Source: Verrucomicrobiota bacterium
GTDB lineage: Bacteria > Verrucomicrobiota > Verrucomicrobiia > Limisphaerales > AAA164-E04
Direction of reading: 5' to 3'
Length of the DNA: 64,000 nt
NCBI GenBank assembly: GCA_047947115.1
Contig: CP170459.1
Location: 3,584,001-3,648,000, forward strand
The position numbers were made by a program, and so were the translations under genes. The notes beneath the pieces are model-generated. The model did not search any database, had not been told where the DNA came from, and worked only from the letters and a program-made list of their open reading frames with translations. Below, in pieces: positions 42,459 to 52,365 of the stretch; the stretch's first letter is position 1, and each line of letters starts with the position of its first letter.

Positions 42459-43832
42459 ATGGATCAAACAATGAACACGCGATCATGGATTGTTTTCACA
42501 TTCGGAAGTTACTTAACTGCTCTTTTATGTTTCGTTTCCACACAGTTGCAGTGTGGCGATGTCCCCGGTGATACCCTTTTGTCACGAGATTATCTCACCG
42601 GAGATTGGGCGGGAAGCCGCAATGAACTGTCCATACGGGGCATTGATTTTGGATTTGGTTATACCAGTGAAGTGATGAGCAATCGATCCGGCGGATTGGA
42701 TATTGGCACGGCCTACAATGGTTTGGGTGAGCTGGGAGTGGATTTGGATTTGGAAAAACTGACTTCCTGGTGGAAGGGCGGAAGTTTTCGGGTCAATAGT
42801 ATCTGGCTGCATGGCAGAAGTCCGTCGGATCATTACGTAGGCGATGTGATGGCTTTGTCCAATATTGATGGGCATGACAGCATACGTCTCTACGAAGTCT
42901 GGTGGATGCAGCAGTTTTTCGAACAGCGTTTGACCTTGCAGGTCGGGAACATGCTGGTTGATGAAGATTTTACCGTGAATGACATGGGGGGACTGTTTCT
43001 CAACAGCGCTTTTGGCTGGCCCCAGTTTATCACCGCCAACTCCGGGACAGTCGTTCCTGCCTTTTTTGCAGCCGCTCCGGGCATTCGCATCGGTATTGAG
43101 CCCAATTCAAGATGGATAGCCCAGGCAGGGATATATGACGCCGATTCCTTTGACAGCCCTACCGGGGATCCTGAAATCAATGAGCGGGGAACCCACATTG
43201 AGATCAGTGGAGACCAGGGATATTACGTCGCTTATGAGGTGGGGTATCGACACAATCAATCGGAATCTGATACAGGATTGCCCGGAACCTATAAATTGGG
43301 AGGTTGGTACCACTCCGGAGATTTTGATGATTTATATCGGGACTTGAATGGTAATGCAGCAATTGTGACAGGTGTGGCGCCCCGGGTGCATGAAGGAAAC
43401 TATGGTTTATATGCTTCCGCTGAACAGCTGGTATGGCGTGAATCCGCCAACGATCCCGGTCAAGGGTTGGGGCTGTTTGGGCGCTTTGGATTTGGGCCGC
43501 GGAATCGCAGTGAATATGACTGGGTTGTGGATGGCGGTTTCAATTACACCGGTCTGATTCCATCAAGAGAAGAGGATGTGTTTGGTATTGGTGTTATATG
43601 GGCGAATGTCAGTAGTGACATGCGCCGTCAACAACGTGCCGACCGGGACATAAACGGCTCGCCCGTTCCCTCCATTTCCGATCATGAAATTGCTGTTGAA
43701 GTGACTTACTACGCAGATATTACTCCATGGTGGAGCATTCAGCCGGACATTCAATACATCATCCACCCGGGTGGTTCGTCCGAATTGCCGAATGCGTTTA
43801 TGATTGGTTTGAGGTGCAGCTTGACTTTTTGA
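42459..43832 (+). CDS. oprB: Carbohydrate-selective porin, OprB family
   Basis: YLTGDWAGSR, RLYEVW, FLNSAFGWP, PGTYKLG, IQPDIQYIIHPGG, terminal Phe. Confidence 0.9.
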   Translation: MDQTMNTRSWIVFTFGSYLTALLCFVSTQLQCGDVPGDTLLSRDYLTGDWAGSRNELSIRGIDFGFGYTSEVMSNRSGGLDIGTAYNGLGELGVDLDLEKLTSWWKGGSFRVNSIWLHGRSPSDHYVGDVMALSNIDGHDSIRLYEVWWMQQFFEQRLTLQVGNMLVDEDFTVNDMGGLFLNSAFGWPQFITANSGTVVPAFFAAAPGIRIGIEPNSRWIAQAGIYDADSFDSPTGDPEINERGTHIEISGDQGYYVAYEVGYRHNQSESDTGLPGTYKLGGWYHSGDFDDLYRDLNGNAAIVTGVAPRVHEGNYGLYASAEQLVWRESANDPGQGLGLFGRFGFGPRNRSEYDWVVDGGFNYTGLIPSREEDVFGIGVIWANVSSDMRRQQRADRDINGSPVPSISDHEIAVEVTYYADITPWWSIQPDIQYIIHPGGSSELPNAFMIGLRCSLTF

Positions 43833-43844
43833 AGTGTCAGTGGG

Positions 43845-44546
43845 TCAAATGCGGCGGATCAGCATGGCCGTATTCCAGGCCAGGAATTCTCTCAGGAGGG
43901 GCAAGTCCATCAGGAATCTGAATTCATTGTAATAGCGGGGGACGCAGGCCGACACGTTCAAACCCTTGAGTTCGTCGATCCATTTCAGCGTCTTACCAAT
44001 GTAGGTTGGATAAAGGGTTTTGTAAGGGTGATGGATCCTGGGTTTGCCGATCAGTTTGTCGTATAGAGCCGGCCCCCGCAATGGTCCCAGATAATGAAAG
44101 GGCGAGAAATCATGGCCTCCCCATGGGGATAACCAATTGGTCCAACTGAGGTATAGATAAGCTCCCGGGTTCAACAGGTCGCGCATATTCCTGAGGAATC
44201 GCTGCGGATCCGACAAGTGTTCGAACACATTGGAACAAACGATCAGGTCGTGGCTTCCCAGTTTTTCATAATCATCATGGTCCAGATCTATTTGGATAAA
44301 AGGTGATCTGGCTCGTTCCGGGATCAGGTTGTTTTCAATATCGGCATAGGTCAGATTGCATGCCTTTTTCTCCAGTTCCCCGCCAAACACACCGTGGCCA
44401 CACCCCAGATCGAGAGCCTGAATCTCCGCATGCATAGGGACGTTTTGTTGAAGCATCCATTCAACCGCATCGATGGCCTGCATTTCGTAGAAACGAGTGT
44501 CGTCTCCGTGTTTCAGGTGGTGGGCTATCAATTGATGAATGATCAT
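43845..44546 (-). CDS. Class I SAM-dependent methyltransferase
   Basis: LDLGCGHG, SNVFEHL, LNPGAYLYL, WLSPWGGHD. Confidence 0.88.
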   Translation of the reverse strand: MIIHQLIAHHLKHGDDTRFYEMQAIDAVEWMLQQNVPMHAEIQALDLGCGHGVFGGELEKKACNLTYADIENNLIPERARSPFIQIDLDHDDYEKLGSHDLIVCSNVFEHLSDPQRFLRNMRDLLNPGAYLYLSWTNWLSPWGGHDFSPFHYLGPLRGPALYDKLIGKPRIHHPYKTLYPTYIGKTLKWIDELKGLNVSACVPRYYNEFRFLMDLPLLREFLAWNTAMLIRRI

Positions 44547-44581
44547 AGGTGCGATTTTATCCCGGCCTTGGAGGTGTTTCC

Positions 44582-46045
44582 TCAGGCAAGTAATTCAGGA
44601 ATGATGTTACCCGCGATATCGGTCAGACGATAGTGTCGTCCCTGAAACTTGAAGGTCAGTTTGAGGTGATCAATTCCCAGCAGATGCAACATGTTGGCGT
44701 GTAGATCATTGACGCTGACCGGGTTCTCGGCAATGTTGTAGCTGAAATCGTCAGTGGTGCCATATTGGGTGCCCGGTCGAATGCCTCCGCCGGCCATCCA
44801 GATGGAAAAGCATCGCGGGTGGTGGTCTCGGCCGTAATTTTTTTCCGTAAGTGTGCCCTGACAGTAAACGGTTCGCCCAAACTCGCCTCCCCACACAACC
44901 AGGGTTTCGTCCAGTAAGCCGCGTTGTTTGAGATCGGTCAGGAGTGCTGCCGAAGCCTGGTCGGTTTGTTTGCAGCGTTCTTTGAGACTGCTGGGCAGGG
45001 CGGAGTGATGATCCCATCCACGGTGCAACAACTGAATAAATCGCACATCCCGCTCCGCAAGGCGTCGAGCCATCAGGCAGTTGTGAGCGAAAGTGCCGGG
45101 TTGACGCGCTTCTTCTCCGTAGAGCTGGAAGGTGGATTCGGATTCTCCGGACAGATCCGTCAAATCCGGTATGGATTGCTGCATTCGAAACGCCATTTCG
45201 TATTGAGCGATTCGTGTCAGGATTTCCGGATGCTGTGACTTACCAAAGGACTCAAGGTTCAAGGCGGCAATGTCATCCAGTACCCGACGGCGAGCTTCTT
45301 TGGGGAACCCTTTGGGATCGGACAGGTAAAGTACCGGATCACCTTTGGAACGGAATTTCACACCCTGGTGAACCGAAGGCAGGAAACCGCTGCCCCACAA
45401 ACGGTCGTAGAGCGGTTGGCCGCCTCGATGTGAAACCATCACCACAAAGTTGGGAAGGTTCTGGTTGGCTGAACCCAGTCCGTAGGAAAGCCAAGAGCCC
45501 ATGCTGGGGCGTCCGGATAGTTGAAATCCCGTCTGGAAAAAGGTGATGGCTGGATCGTGATTGATCGCTTCGGTGTGCATGGTGCGGATGACGCAGAGTT
45601 CATCTGCCACACCCTGCAAGTGCGGCAGGGCGCTGCTCATCCATTGTCCTGATTGACCATGTTGATTGAATTCAAAGCCGGACGGAGCCACCGGGAAAGT
45701 ATCCTGACCGGCCGTCATGCCGGTGAGGCGCTGCCCCCTCCGCACCGAGTCCGGAAGATCCATGCCCGTTCGTTTGTGAAGGCCGGGTTTGTAATCAAAC
45801 AAATCCAACTGGGAAGGGCCCCCCGATTGAAAAAGGTAGATGACCCTTTTTGCTTTGGCTGTGTGATGGGTCGTGCCAAGGATGCCCTTGAAAGGCTCTT
45901 GAACGACCGGAGCAGCCTTGGCTTCCAGATCCATCAACGCCATGGTTCCCAGTCCGGTGGACAATTGTCCCAGGAACGTCCTTCGGCTTTTGATGGTAGA
46001 ATCATTCATGTGATTTCGGGCTGCAGAATCTGATTTGAAGGACAT
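44582..46045 (-). CDS. DUF1501 family protein (Tat signal)
   Basis: SRRTFL, KAKRVIYLFQSGGPSQLDLFDYKP, GWDHH, WGGEFGRT, GRDHH. Confidence 0.93.
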   Translation of the reverse strand: MSFKSDSAARNHMNDSTIKSRRTFLGQLSTGLGTMALMDLEAKAAPVVQEPFKGILGTTHHTAKAKRVIYLFQSGGPSQLDLFDYKPGLHKRTGMDLPDSVRRGQRLTGMTAGQDTFPVAPSGFEFNQHGQSGQWMSSALPHLQGVADELCVIRTMHTEAINHDPAITFFQTGFQLSGRPSMGSWLSYGLGSANQNLPNFVVMVSHRGGQPLYDRLWGSGFLPSVHQGVKFRSKGDPVLYLSDPKGFPKEARRRVLDDIAALNLESFGKSQHPEILTRIAQYEMAFRMQQSIPDLTDLSGESESTFQLYGEEARQPGTFAHNCLMARRLAERDVRFIQLLHRGWDHHSALPSSLKERCKQTDQASAALLTDLKQRGLLDETLVVWGGEFGRTVYCQGTLTEKNYGRDHHPRCFSIWMAGGGIRPGTQYGTTDDFSYNIAENPVSVNDLHANMLHLLGIDHLKLTFKFQGRHYRLTDIAGNIIPELLA

Positions 46046-46124
46046 TTAATCATGGTGTTCCGGGTTTGACAATGCATTCATCACTTGATGGGGTGATGCA
46101 AACATGCTACTTCAAGCCCATACC

Positions 46125-48152
46125 ATGATGAATCCAAATACCTCCAAGCATCAATGTCGGCGGGTTGCCGGTGGGCTCATTGCCATTGTACAATGTTGTT
46201 TAATCACTCTCCTGATATCGACTTCGAACGTGGATGGTCAGGGTTTGATGGAAAAGGGCATCGAGATCCCCTCCCAAACCAAGCGCGCACTCACCGAAGC
46301 CCTTGAGCCTCTTGAAGCTGCTGTTGAGTATATTCACCAGAGCGAGGATCCCTTTGTGCGGGCCTATGCGCCGGATGTGTTGATTTATTTGAAAGCGGTC
46401 AAGGGCGCACTGGATGCCAATGAATTTCATCGTGCTGCTCAGTTTGAGGTGGCGGAACAATTGATCGTTCGGGGGCTAGAAAGGGCGGCGCTCCTGATGA
46501 ACGGCAAGGCACCATGGGCTCGGCAAACCGGGTTGGTCGTGCGGGGATACCGGTCGAGACTCGACGATTCCATCCAGCCTTATGGATTGGTCGTGCCAGA
46601 GTCCTGGCAGGCGGAGGCGGGGCAAAGTCATCGTTTGGACGTTTGGTTGCACGGTCGGGACAACAGCTTGACGGAACTGAAGTTCATCGATCAGCGCGAG
46701 CGATCACCGGGGCAATTTACTCCCGACCATACCTTTGTGCTTCATCCTTACGGGCGCTTTTGCAATGCCTTTAAGTTTGCCGGCGAAGTCGACGTTTTTG
46801 AAGCGATGGCACACGTTAAGGAACAGTATCCCATAAATGAAGACCGAGTGTCGGTTCGGGGATTCTCGATGGGGGGTGCCGGGTGCTGGCACTTGGCGGT
46901 TCATTATGCCGATCGATGGGCCGCAGCCGCCCCGGGCGCAGGATTTGCCGAGTCGGCGGATTATCTGGGATTGTGGAAAAAGGAAACCAAACCCACATGG
47001 TATGAAAGCAAACTATGGAGACTGTACGATGCGGATGAATATGCTCTGAACCTGTTTCATTTACCCACGGTTGCCTACAGTGGCGGAGCAGACAAGCAGA
47101 TTCAGGCCGCCCGCATGATGGAGCTTGCTCTGGAACGTGAGGGAATGCAACTGGCGCACATCATTGGTCCCGACACCGGTCATCGCTATCATCCCGAAGC
47201 CAAAAAAGAAGTGGAGAGAAGGGTGGATCAACTGGCTTCCATTGGACGCCAGCGCATTCCTCATAAAGTGAAAATGACCACTTACACATTGAAATACCCG
47301 GGGATGCACTGGGTACAATTGACCGGACTGGAGCGCCATTGGGAAAAAGCCGTTGTGCATGCGGAAATTCAAGGCGATGCAGTAGTCGAAGTGAAGACAA
47401 AGAACGTGACCGGTTTGAAGCTGACCATGCAAGCCGGAGAATGCCCCCTTGATCCGGGTGCAACGCCAGTGGTGAAGATTGACGGACAATCATTGAACGT
47501 CGATAAGGTGGAGACCGATTTGTCCTGGAATGTTTCCCTGGCAAAACAGGATGGCCATTGGAAGAGAGTGGATGCCGGAAATCGTGGAGTGTTGTTGAGA
47601 AAGAAACCCGGATTGCAGGGGCCCATCGACGATGCTTTCATGGATCGATTTGTGATTGTGAAACCCAGCGGTAGGGTGAGCCGAAGTTTGTCGGATCGCT
47701 GGATCCGGCGCGAACAGGTTCGATTGGAACAGGAGTGGCGTGAGCAGTTCCGCGGCGAAGCGCGAGTTGTTTCCGATTTGGAATTCAAAGCTGATCAATG
47801 GAAAGATGCCAACTGGATACTTTTCGGGTCCCCCGAAACAAATGCCCTGATCAAGCAGATGGCACCTTTCCTTCCCATTCAATGGCGCGCGGGCAACATT
47901 CGTGTGGGAGAGCATGTGTTTGATGATACCCGGCATGTTCCGGTGCTGATCTTTCCGAATCCCATGAACCCCGAGAAGTATGTTGTCTTGAACAGCGGCT
48001 TCACTTTCCGCGGCTACGGCAGCAACGCGACTCAAGTTCCACGATTGCCGGATTACGCCATCATCGACACGCGCGTACGCGCCACGAGTGAAACTCCCGG
48101 GGGAATTGTCGTGACAGGATTTTTTGACGAACACTGGCAGTTGAACTTCTAA
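46125..48152 (+). CDS. Secreted alpha/beta hydrolase (prolyl oligopeptidase-like)
   Basis: LDVWLHGR, GFSMGG, D..Q, TGH; signal peptide. Confidence 0.85.
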   Translation: MMNPNTSKHQCRRVAGGLIAIVQCCLITLLISTSNVDGQGLMEKGIEIPSQTKRALTEALEPLEAAVEYIHQSEDPFVRAYAPDVLIYLKAVKGALDANEFHRAAQFEVAEQLIVRGLERAALLMNGKAPWARQTGLVVRGYRSRLDDSIQPYGLVVPESWQAEAGQSHRLDVWLHGRDNSLTELKFIDQRERSPGQFTPDHTFVLHPYGRFCNAFKFAGEVDVFEAMAHVKEQYPINEDRVSVRGFSMGGAGCWHLAVHYADRWAAAAPGAGFAESADYLGLWKKETKPTWYESKLWRLYDADEYALNLFHLPTVAYSGGADKQIQAARMMELALEREGMQLAHIIGPDTGHRYHPEAKKEVERRVDQLASIGRQRIPHKVKMTTYTLKYPGMHWVQLTGLERHWEKAVVHAEIQGDAVVEVKTKNVTGLKLTMQAGECPLDPGATPVVKIDGQSLNVDKVETDLSWNVSLAKQDGHWKRVDAGNRGVLLRKKPGLQGPIDDAFMDRFVIVKPSGRVSRSLSDRWIRREQVRLEQEWREQFRGEARVVSDLEFKADQWKDANWILFGSPETNALIKQMAPFLPIQWRAGNIRVGEHVFDDTRHVPVLIFPNPMNPEKYVVLNSGFTFRGYGSNATQVPRLPDYAIIDTRVRATSETPGGIVVTGFFDEHWQLNF

Positions 48153-48163
48153 GGGATTGCTTC

Positions 48164-49039
48164 ATGGGACAGCCAACAAAACGCGTTCAAAAACGCAAAA
48201 CTGTGATGAGGAAAAAGACTGCCAGGGCGACAACGTCAAAGGTGGCCCCTCTTGAAGTAAAGTCTCTTTCCGTTCAAAGAAACGGAAAACGCATATTAAA
48301 CAATGTCCATTGGAAGATCCAACCGGGAGAAAACTGGGTGGTGCTTGGTTCCAACGGCTCGGGAAAAACCACCCTGTTGAGCACTTTGCTTGGCTATTTC
48401 ATGCCGACAAAAGGGGACATCAGTTTGTTGGGGCAACAGTATGGAGACTGTGACTGGCGGGAGTTGCGAATGAAGCTTGGCATCGTGAGTTCCTCCCTCC
48501 GGCAGCTCATGGCGGATGAGGAACCCGCACTGCATTCCGTGATAACAGGCAAATACGCCATGATCGATCTATGGGGGAAACCCAAAGAAAAAGATGTCAA
48601 GGAAGCCATGAAAATCCTCCGTCAGATAGAATGCCAATCTCTTGCCAATCGCCCCTGGGCGGTTTTGTCTCAGGGAGAGCGTCAACGGATTCTCATCGGG
48701 CGTGCCCTGATGGCTCAACCTGAAGTGTTGATTCTCGACGAACCCTGTGCGGGATTGGATCCGGCTGCGCGGGAGCATTTCCTCCAGTTTCTGGAACGAC
48801 TGGGAAAAGCCTCCAACGCGCCCACTTTTATTCTCGTCACCCATCATGTTGAGGAAATCACCCCCATGTACACCCACACTTTCATGCTCAAAAAAGGGAA
48901 AGTCATCGCTTGTGGGCCCATCTCAACAACTCTCAATTCCGCCCATCTCAGCGAAACCTTTTCCGCTTCCGTGAAATTGCGACGACAAGGGGGCAGATAC
49001 GCATTGGAGATAGGTCAGACCCGTGGCAAATGGATGTGA
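48164..49039 (+). CDS. ABC ATP-binding protein (ModF/YlmA-like), no adjacent permease
   Basis: GSNGSGKT, LSQGE, ILDEP, VTHH. Confidence 0.9.
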   Translation: MGQPTKRVQKRKTVMRKKTARATTSKVAPLEVKSLSVQRNGKRILNNVHWKIQPGENWVVLGSNGSGKTTLLSTLLGYFMPTKGDISLLGQQYGDCDWRELRMKLGIVSSSLRQLMADEEPALHSVITGKYAMIDLWGKPKEKDVKEAMKILRQIECQSLANRPWAVLSQGERQRILIGRALMAQPEVLILDEPCAGLDPAAREHFLQFLERLGKASNAPTFILVTHHVEEITPMYTHTFMLKKGKVIACGPISTTLNSAHLSETFSASVKLRRQGGRYALEIGQTRGKWM

Positions 49040-49233
49040 AGTGGTGAAAAGGTCCTGTTTTCATCTGCTCTCGCATCGATCCATCACGGGAGAACGGTCC
49101 TGATGTGACGAGTCTGCGGCTGCAAAAGGCTGGAATCACCGATTAATGGGACAAACGACCCTCTGAACTTGTTTGGCTGCTTGACAAGTGATTGGTGTCA
49201 GGGAGAGACTGCCTCTCTCGTTTTTTTACCATT

Positions 49234-50676
49234 ATGGCGGAACCGAAAGCAAATGAACTCATGGAAAAAATCGTGTCGTTGTGCAAACGACGCGGATTCA
49301 TCTTTCAATCATCTGAAATCTACGGCGGCATCAACGGCTTCTGGGATTACGGTCCATTGGGTGCGGAGTTAAAGCGCAACGTCAAAGATCTCTGGTGGCA
49401 CTCGATGACACGGGACCGTGAGGATGTGGTGGGATTGGACGCCACAATCATCATGCATCCCAAGGTCTGGGATGCCAGCGGTCATACCTCCACCTTCAGC
49501 GATCCGATGGTGGACTGTAAGGATTGCAAGGGGCGTTTCCGTGCCGATCAGGTCGACAATACCCCTTGTCCGAGGAAATCGAGCAAAATGGTGTCCGAGT
49601 GTGGTTCAGAAAAGACCGAGCCCCGCGCTTTCAATTTGATGTTCAAAACCTATGTCGGACCGGTGGAGACCGAGGACAATGTGGCCTATCTGCGTCCCGA
49701 GACCGCCCAGGCGATCTTTGCACAGTTCAAAAACGTCTCCGAAGTTTCCCGTCAGAAGGTGCCCTTTGGAATCTGTCAGATCGGTAAAGCCTTTCGCAAC
49801 GAGATCAATCCGCGCAATTATACCTTTCGTTCGCGGGAATTCGAGCAGATGGAACTGGAGTTCTTCATCAAACCGGATGAAGTGGCTCACGGGCAGGGAG
49901 GAGCTCCGGCCGAAGACGCCCCGACCGAAACACCCGCACCCAACTGGGGATGGAAGCAATGGCATTCCTACTGGGTGGACCAACGCCTGCGCTGGTATGA
50001 AAGCATCGGGTTGCCGGCGGATTCTCTGGAACTTTATTGGCAGACCGAGAAAGAGTTGGCTCATTATGCGCGCGCGACGGTGGATATCATGTATAAATTT
50101 CCATTCGGCGTTCAGGAATTGGAAGGTGTTGCGGCCCGCTCCGATTATGATTTGACCCAGCATCAGGAACATAGCGGCAAGTCGATGGAGTATTTTGACG
50201 AGGAATCCAAAGCTCGTTACATCCCCCACGTGATCGAGCCGAGCGCCGGAGTGGATCGCATGGTGCTGGCCCTGATTTGCAATGCCTATTACGAAGCCAT
50301 GATTCCCAACGCGAAGGGCGTACCGGAAAAACGTGTGGTGATGCGTTTTCATCCCAAGGTGGCTCCCGTCAAGGTCGGGGTCTTTCCTTTGTTGAAGAAC
50401 AAGCCGGAACTGGTTGATAAAGCCAAAGCCGTCTATGATTTGCTCAAGCCCCATTTCAACTGTTTCTATGACGAAGCGGGCGCCATTGGTAAACGTTACG
50501 CCCGTCAGGACGAAATTGGCACACCCTTCTGTGTCACGGTGGATTTCGACACGTTGGGCGAAAATGCGGATCTGTTGGATACCGTGACCCTGCGTGAACG
50601 CGATACGACCAACCAGAGTCGGGTCGCCATCAGTGAATTGTTGGGAACCCTGAAAAAGGGGCTTGGATTGCCTTGA
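49234..50676 (+). CDS. glyQS: Glycine--tRNA ligase (alpha2 type)
   Basis: LCKRRGFIFQSSEIYGG, LRPETAQ, GKAFRNEI, FRSREFEQME, VIEPSAG, RYARQDEIGTP. Confidence 0.97.
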   Translation: MAEPKANELMEKIVSLCKRRGFIFQSSEIYGGINGFWDYGPLGAELKRNVKDLWWHSMTRDREDVVGLDATIIMHPKVWDASGHTSTFSDPMVDCKDCKGRFRADQVDNTPCPRKSSKMVSECGSEKTEPRAFNLMFKTYVGPVETEDNVAYLRPETAQAIFAQFKNVSEVSRQKVPFGICQIGKAFRNEINPRNYTFRSREFEQMELEFFIKPDEVAHGQGGAPAEDAPTETPAPNWGWKQWHSYWVDQRLRWYESIGLPADSLELYWQTEKELAHYARATVDIMYKFPFGVQELEGVAARSDYDLTQHQEHSGKSMEYFDEESKARYIPHVIEPSAGVDRMVLALICNAYYEAMIPNAKGVPEKRVVMRFHPKVAPVKVGVFPLLKNKPELVDKAKAVYDLLKPHFNCFYDEAGAIGKRYARQDEIGTPFCVTVDFDTLGENADLLDTVTLRERDTTNQSRVAISELLGTLKKGLGLP

Positions 50677-50689
50677 ACGACCGGATGCC

Positions 50690-52360
50690 ATGGTTTGTTT
50701 TTTACGGGATCAACTCGGAAAACGGACCTGTTGGGTTGCTCCCTGGGTGCTTTGTCTTCTATTGGAAGGATGTGGCGGCGGAGCGACCCCACACCATCCG
50801 CCTGACGATACCTTAATCGGAGCACTGCAGGTTGTGGCCGAGCAGGGCACTCCCAAGGTGCCTCTTCCGACTTTTTCATGCTGGAATACAGGCCAAAGCG
50901 GTCCCGGTTGGCGCCCCTCAGAGCAATTGAGGTTTTTCAGCGAAGCCCCAGGATGGCTGCCCTGGTTTGAGTTGTATGCGGACCTGATTCCCCGGTCCGT
51001 TGATGATGATTATTATCGGGCTAGTTGGGCACATGCACGAGAGCGTGGATTGCCGGTGCATTTCGTGTCCGATAATCTGGTTGAATCTTTCAGAACCTAT
51101 CGAGGCCCTGGAAACTGGCGTGAAGCCCAGGAGGAATCGGAGCATCCATGGATTGTTAATGAGGATGGTTCTTTCGTCAAATTGGCTTCGCCGCTGGGAA
51201 CCAAATCACATTGGTTTGAGTTGGGGAAAATCATTGGGACAGCGCTCAAACCTTTCGCCGAAACCTACGTTCCCCCTTATGTCCTGCTCTCCGACAACAA
51301 TGAAAACGGTTTCGTTCGAATGCGAACCTTTCACGAAGATTACCGTCTGGCCCCTTTGTTGGCGGAAGCAGAACCTGGCGAGGAAAGGGAAACTCTGAAG
51401 CGTCGTCTTTACCGCGAAGGTCAGGGAGAGCGTTATCAGTTGATGAGAAAAGGGATTGAATCGGCAGTTCCCGAGTGGGAAGGGCGCGTTCATATGATGG
51501 GCTACGGAACGTTTGGACAGAAATTCGGTGTGTCCCGATCCCGGACTTTTCCTAATCGATACAACGTGCCATGGGTGACGCCTGAAGGTCAGGGCAAGGA
51601 AGATCTGACCCATCAAGGTGTCTGGTCCAATACGGGTTACCTGACTTACCGAAAACATCATCAAGTGGCCTCCGGAGCGGTGGAATCCTGCAATCTTCAC
51701 TACGCATGGCATCATTTCGAAAATCAACATCACCCGTTCATTAAGGGACAAATCTTCTGGCAGGTTTCCAATAGTGCCATCAGCATTGACCATTGGATGG
51801 CACATATCCGGTCCTGCATGTGGCTGGCCAAACCGGAGCATGTGATGTATTTTCTGAGTTCCTCTAGTTTTATTTTGGATGGCGAGGATTGGTTTCTGGC
51901 ATTGCGTGCAGCGGTATTTGAGATTCATAAGGACCCGGTGCTGCGACGACATTGGCTTGCCGGCCATTTGGTGGAAAATCCAGAGGGACATCCATATCAG
52001 GAGATGCTCCCCGATACCTATAAAGACCCGGTGAACCATCGATGGTTCCTTCTTGATGCGCCCATCAACCGGCGTTTTGATGAACAGGGACGGGACAGAT
52101 GGCGTTTGGATCTTGCACGGCAGACCATTGTCGATGTCTGGGCTTTTGTCTCCGAACTGAACCTGAAGGACGGACGGATCGAGCGCCTGATTTATGCCTG
52201 TTCCACCTATCGAGCACTTGAAAACACCCAGGTCAAGGTTCCGGGTGTGGGGATGGTGACCTTGCCGGAAGTTTCCAAGCGCGGCGAATTTTATCTGCTT
52301 CACGAGGACGGTTCCCTCCAACGGAATCAAACACCGCTCGACGAGATTGAATGGAACTGA
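50690..52360 (+). CDS. Lipoprotein of unknown function
   Basis: LLEGC lipobox; long open frame rich in Trp/Tyr/His. Confidence 0.75.
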   Translation: MVCFLRDQLGKRTCWVAPWVLCLLLEGCGGGATPHHPPDDTLIGALQVVAEQGTPKVPLPTFSCWNTGQSGPGWRPSEQLRFFSEAPGWLPWFELYADLIPRSVDDDYYRASWAHARERGLPVHFVSDNLVESFRTYRGPGNWREAQEESEHPWIVNEDGSFVKLASPLGTKSHWFELGKIIGTALKPFAETYVPPYVLLSDNNENGFVRMRTFHEDYRLAPLLAEAEPGEERETLKRRLYREGQGERYQLMRKGIESAVPEWEGRVHMMGYGTFGQKFGVSRSRTFPNRYNVPWVTPEGQGKEDLTHQGVWSNTGYLTYRKHHQVASGAVESCNLHYAWHHFENQHHPFIKGQIFWQVSNSAISIDHWMAHIRSCMWLAKPEHVMYFLSSSSFILDGEDWFLALRAAVFEIHKDPVLRRHWLAGHLVENPEGHPYQEMLPDTYKDPVNHRWFLLDAPINRRFDEQGRDRWRLDLARQTIVDVWAFVSELNLKDGRIERLIYACSTYRALENTQVKVPGVGMVTLPEVSKRGEFYLLHEDGSLQRNQTPLDEIEWN

Positions 52361-52365
52361 TAGGT

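Noticed and set aside
49085..49220. GGAGA...CACCGA words suggesting a glycine riboswitch before glyQS
   Set aside because: Lacks the CCGAAG and CUCUCAGG core; only the hairpin is reported.
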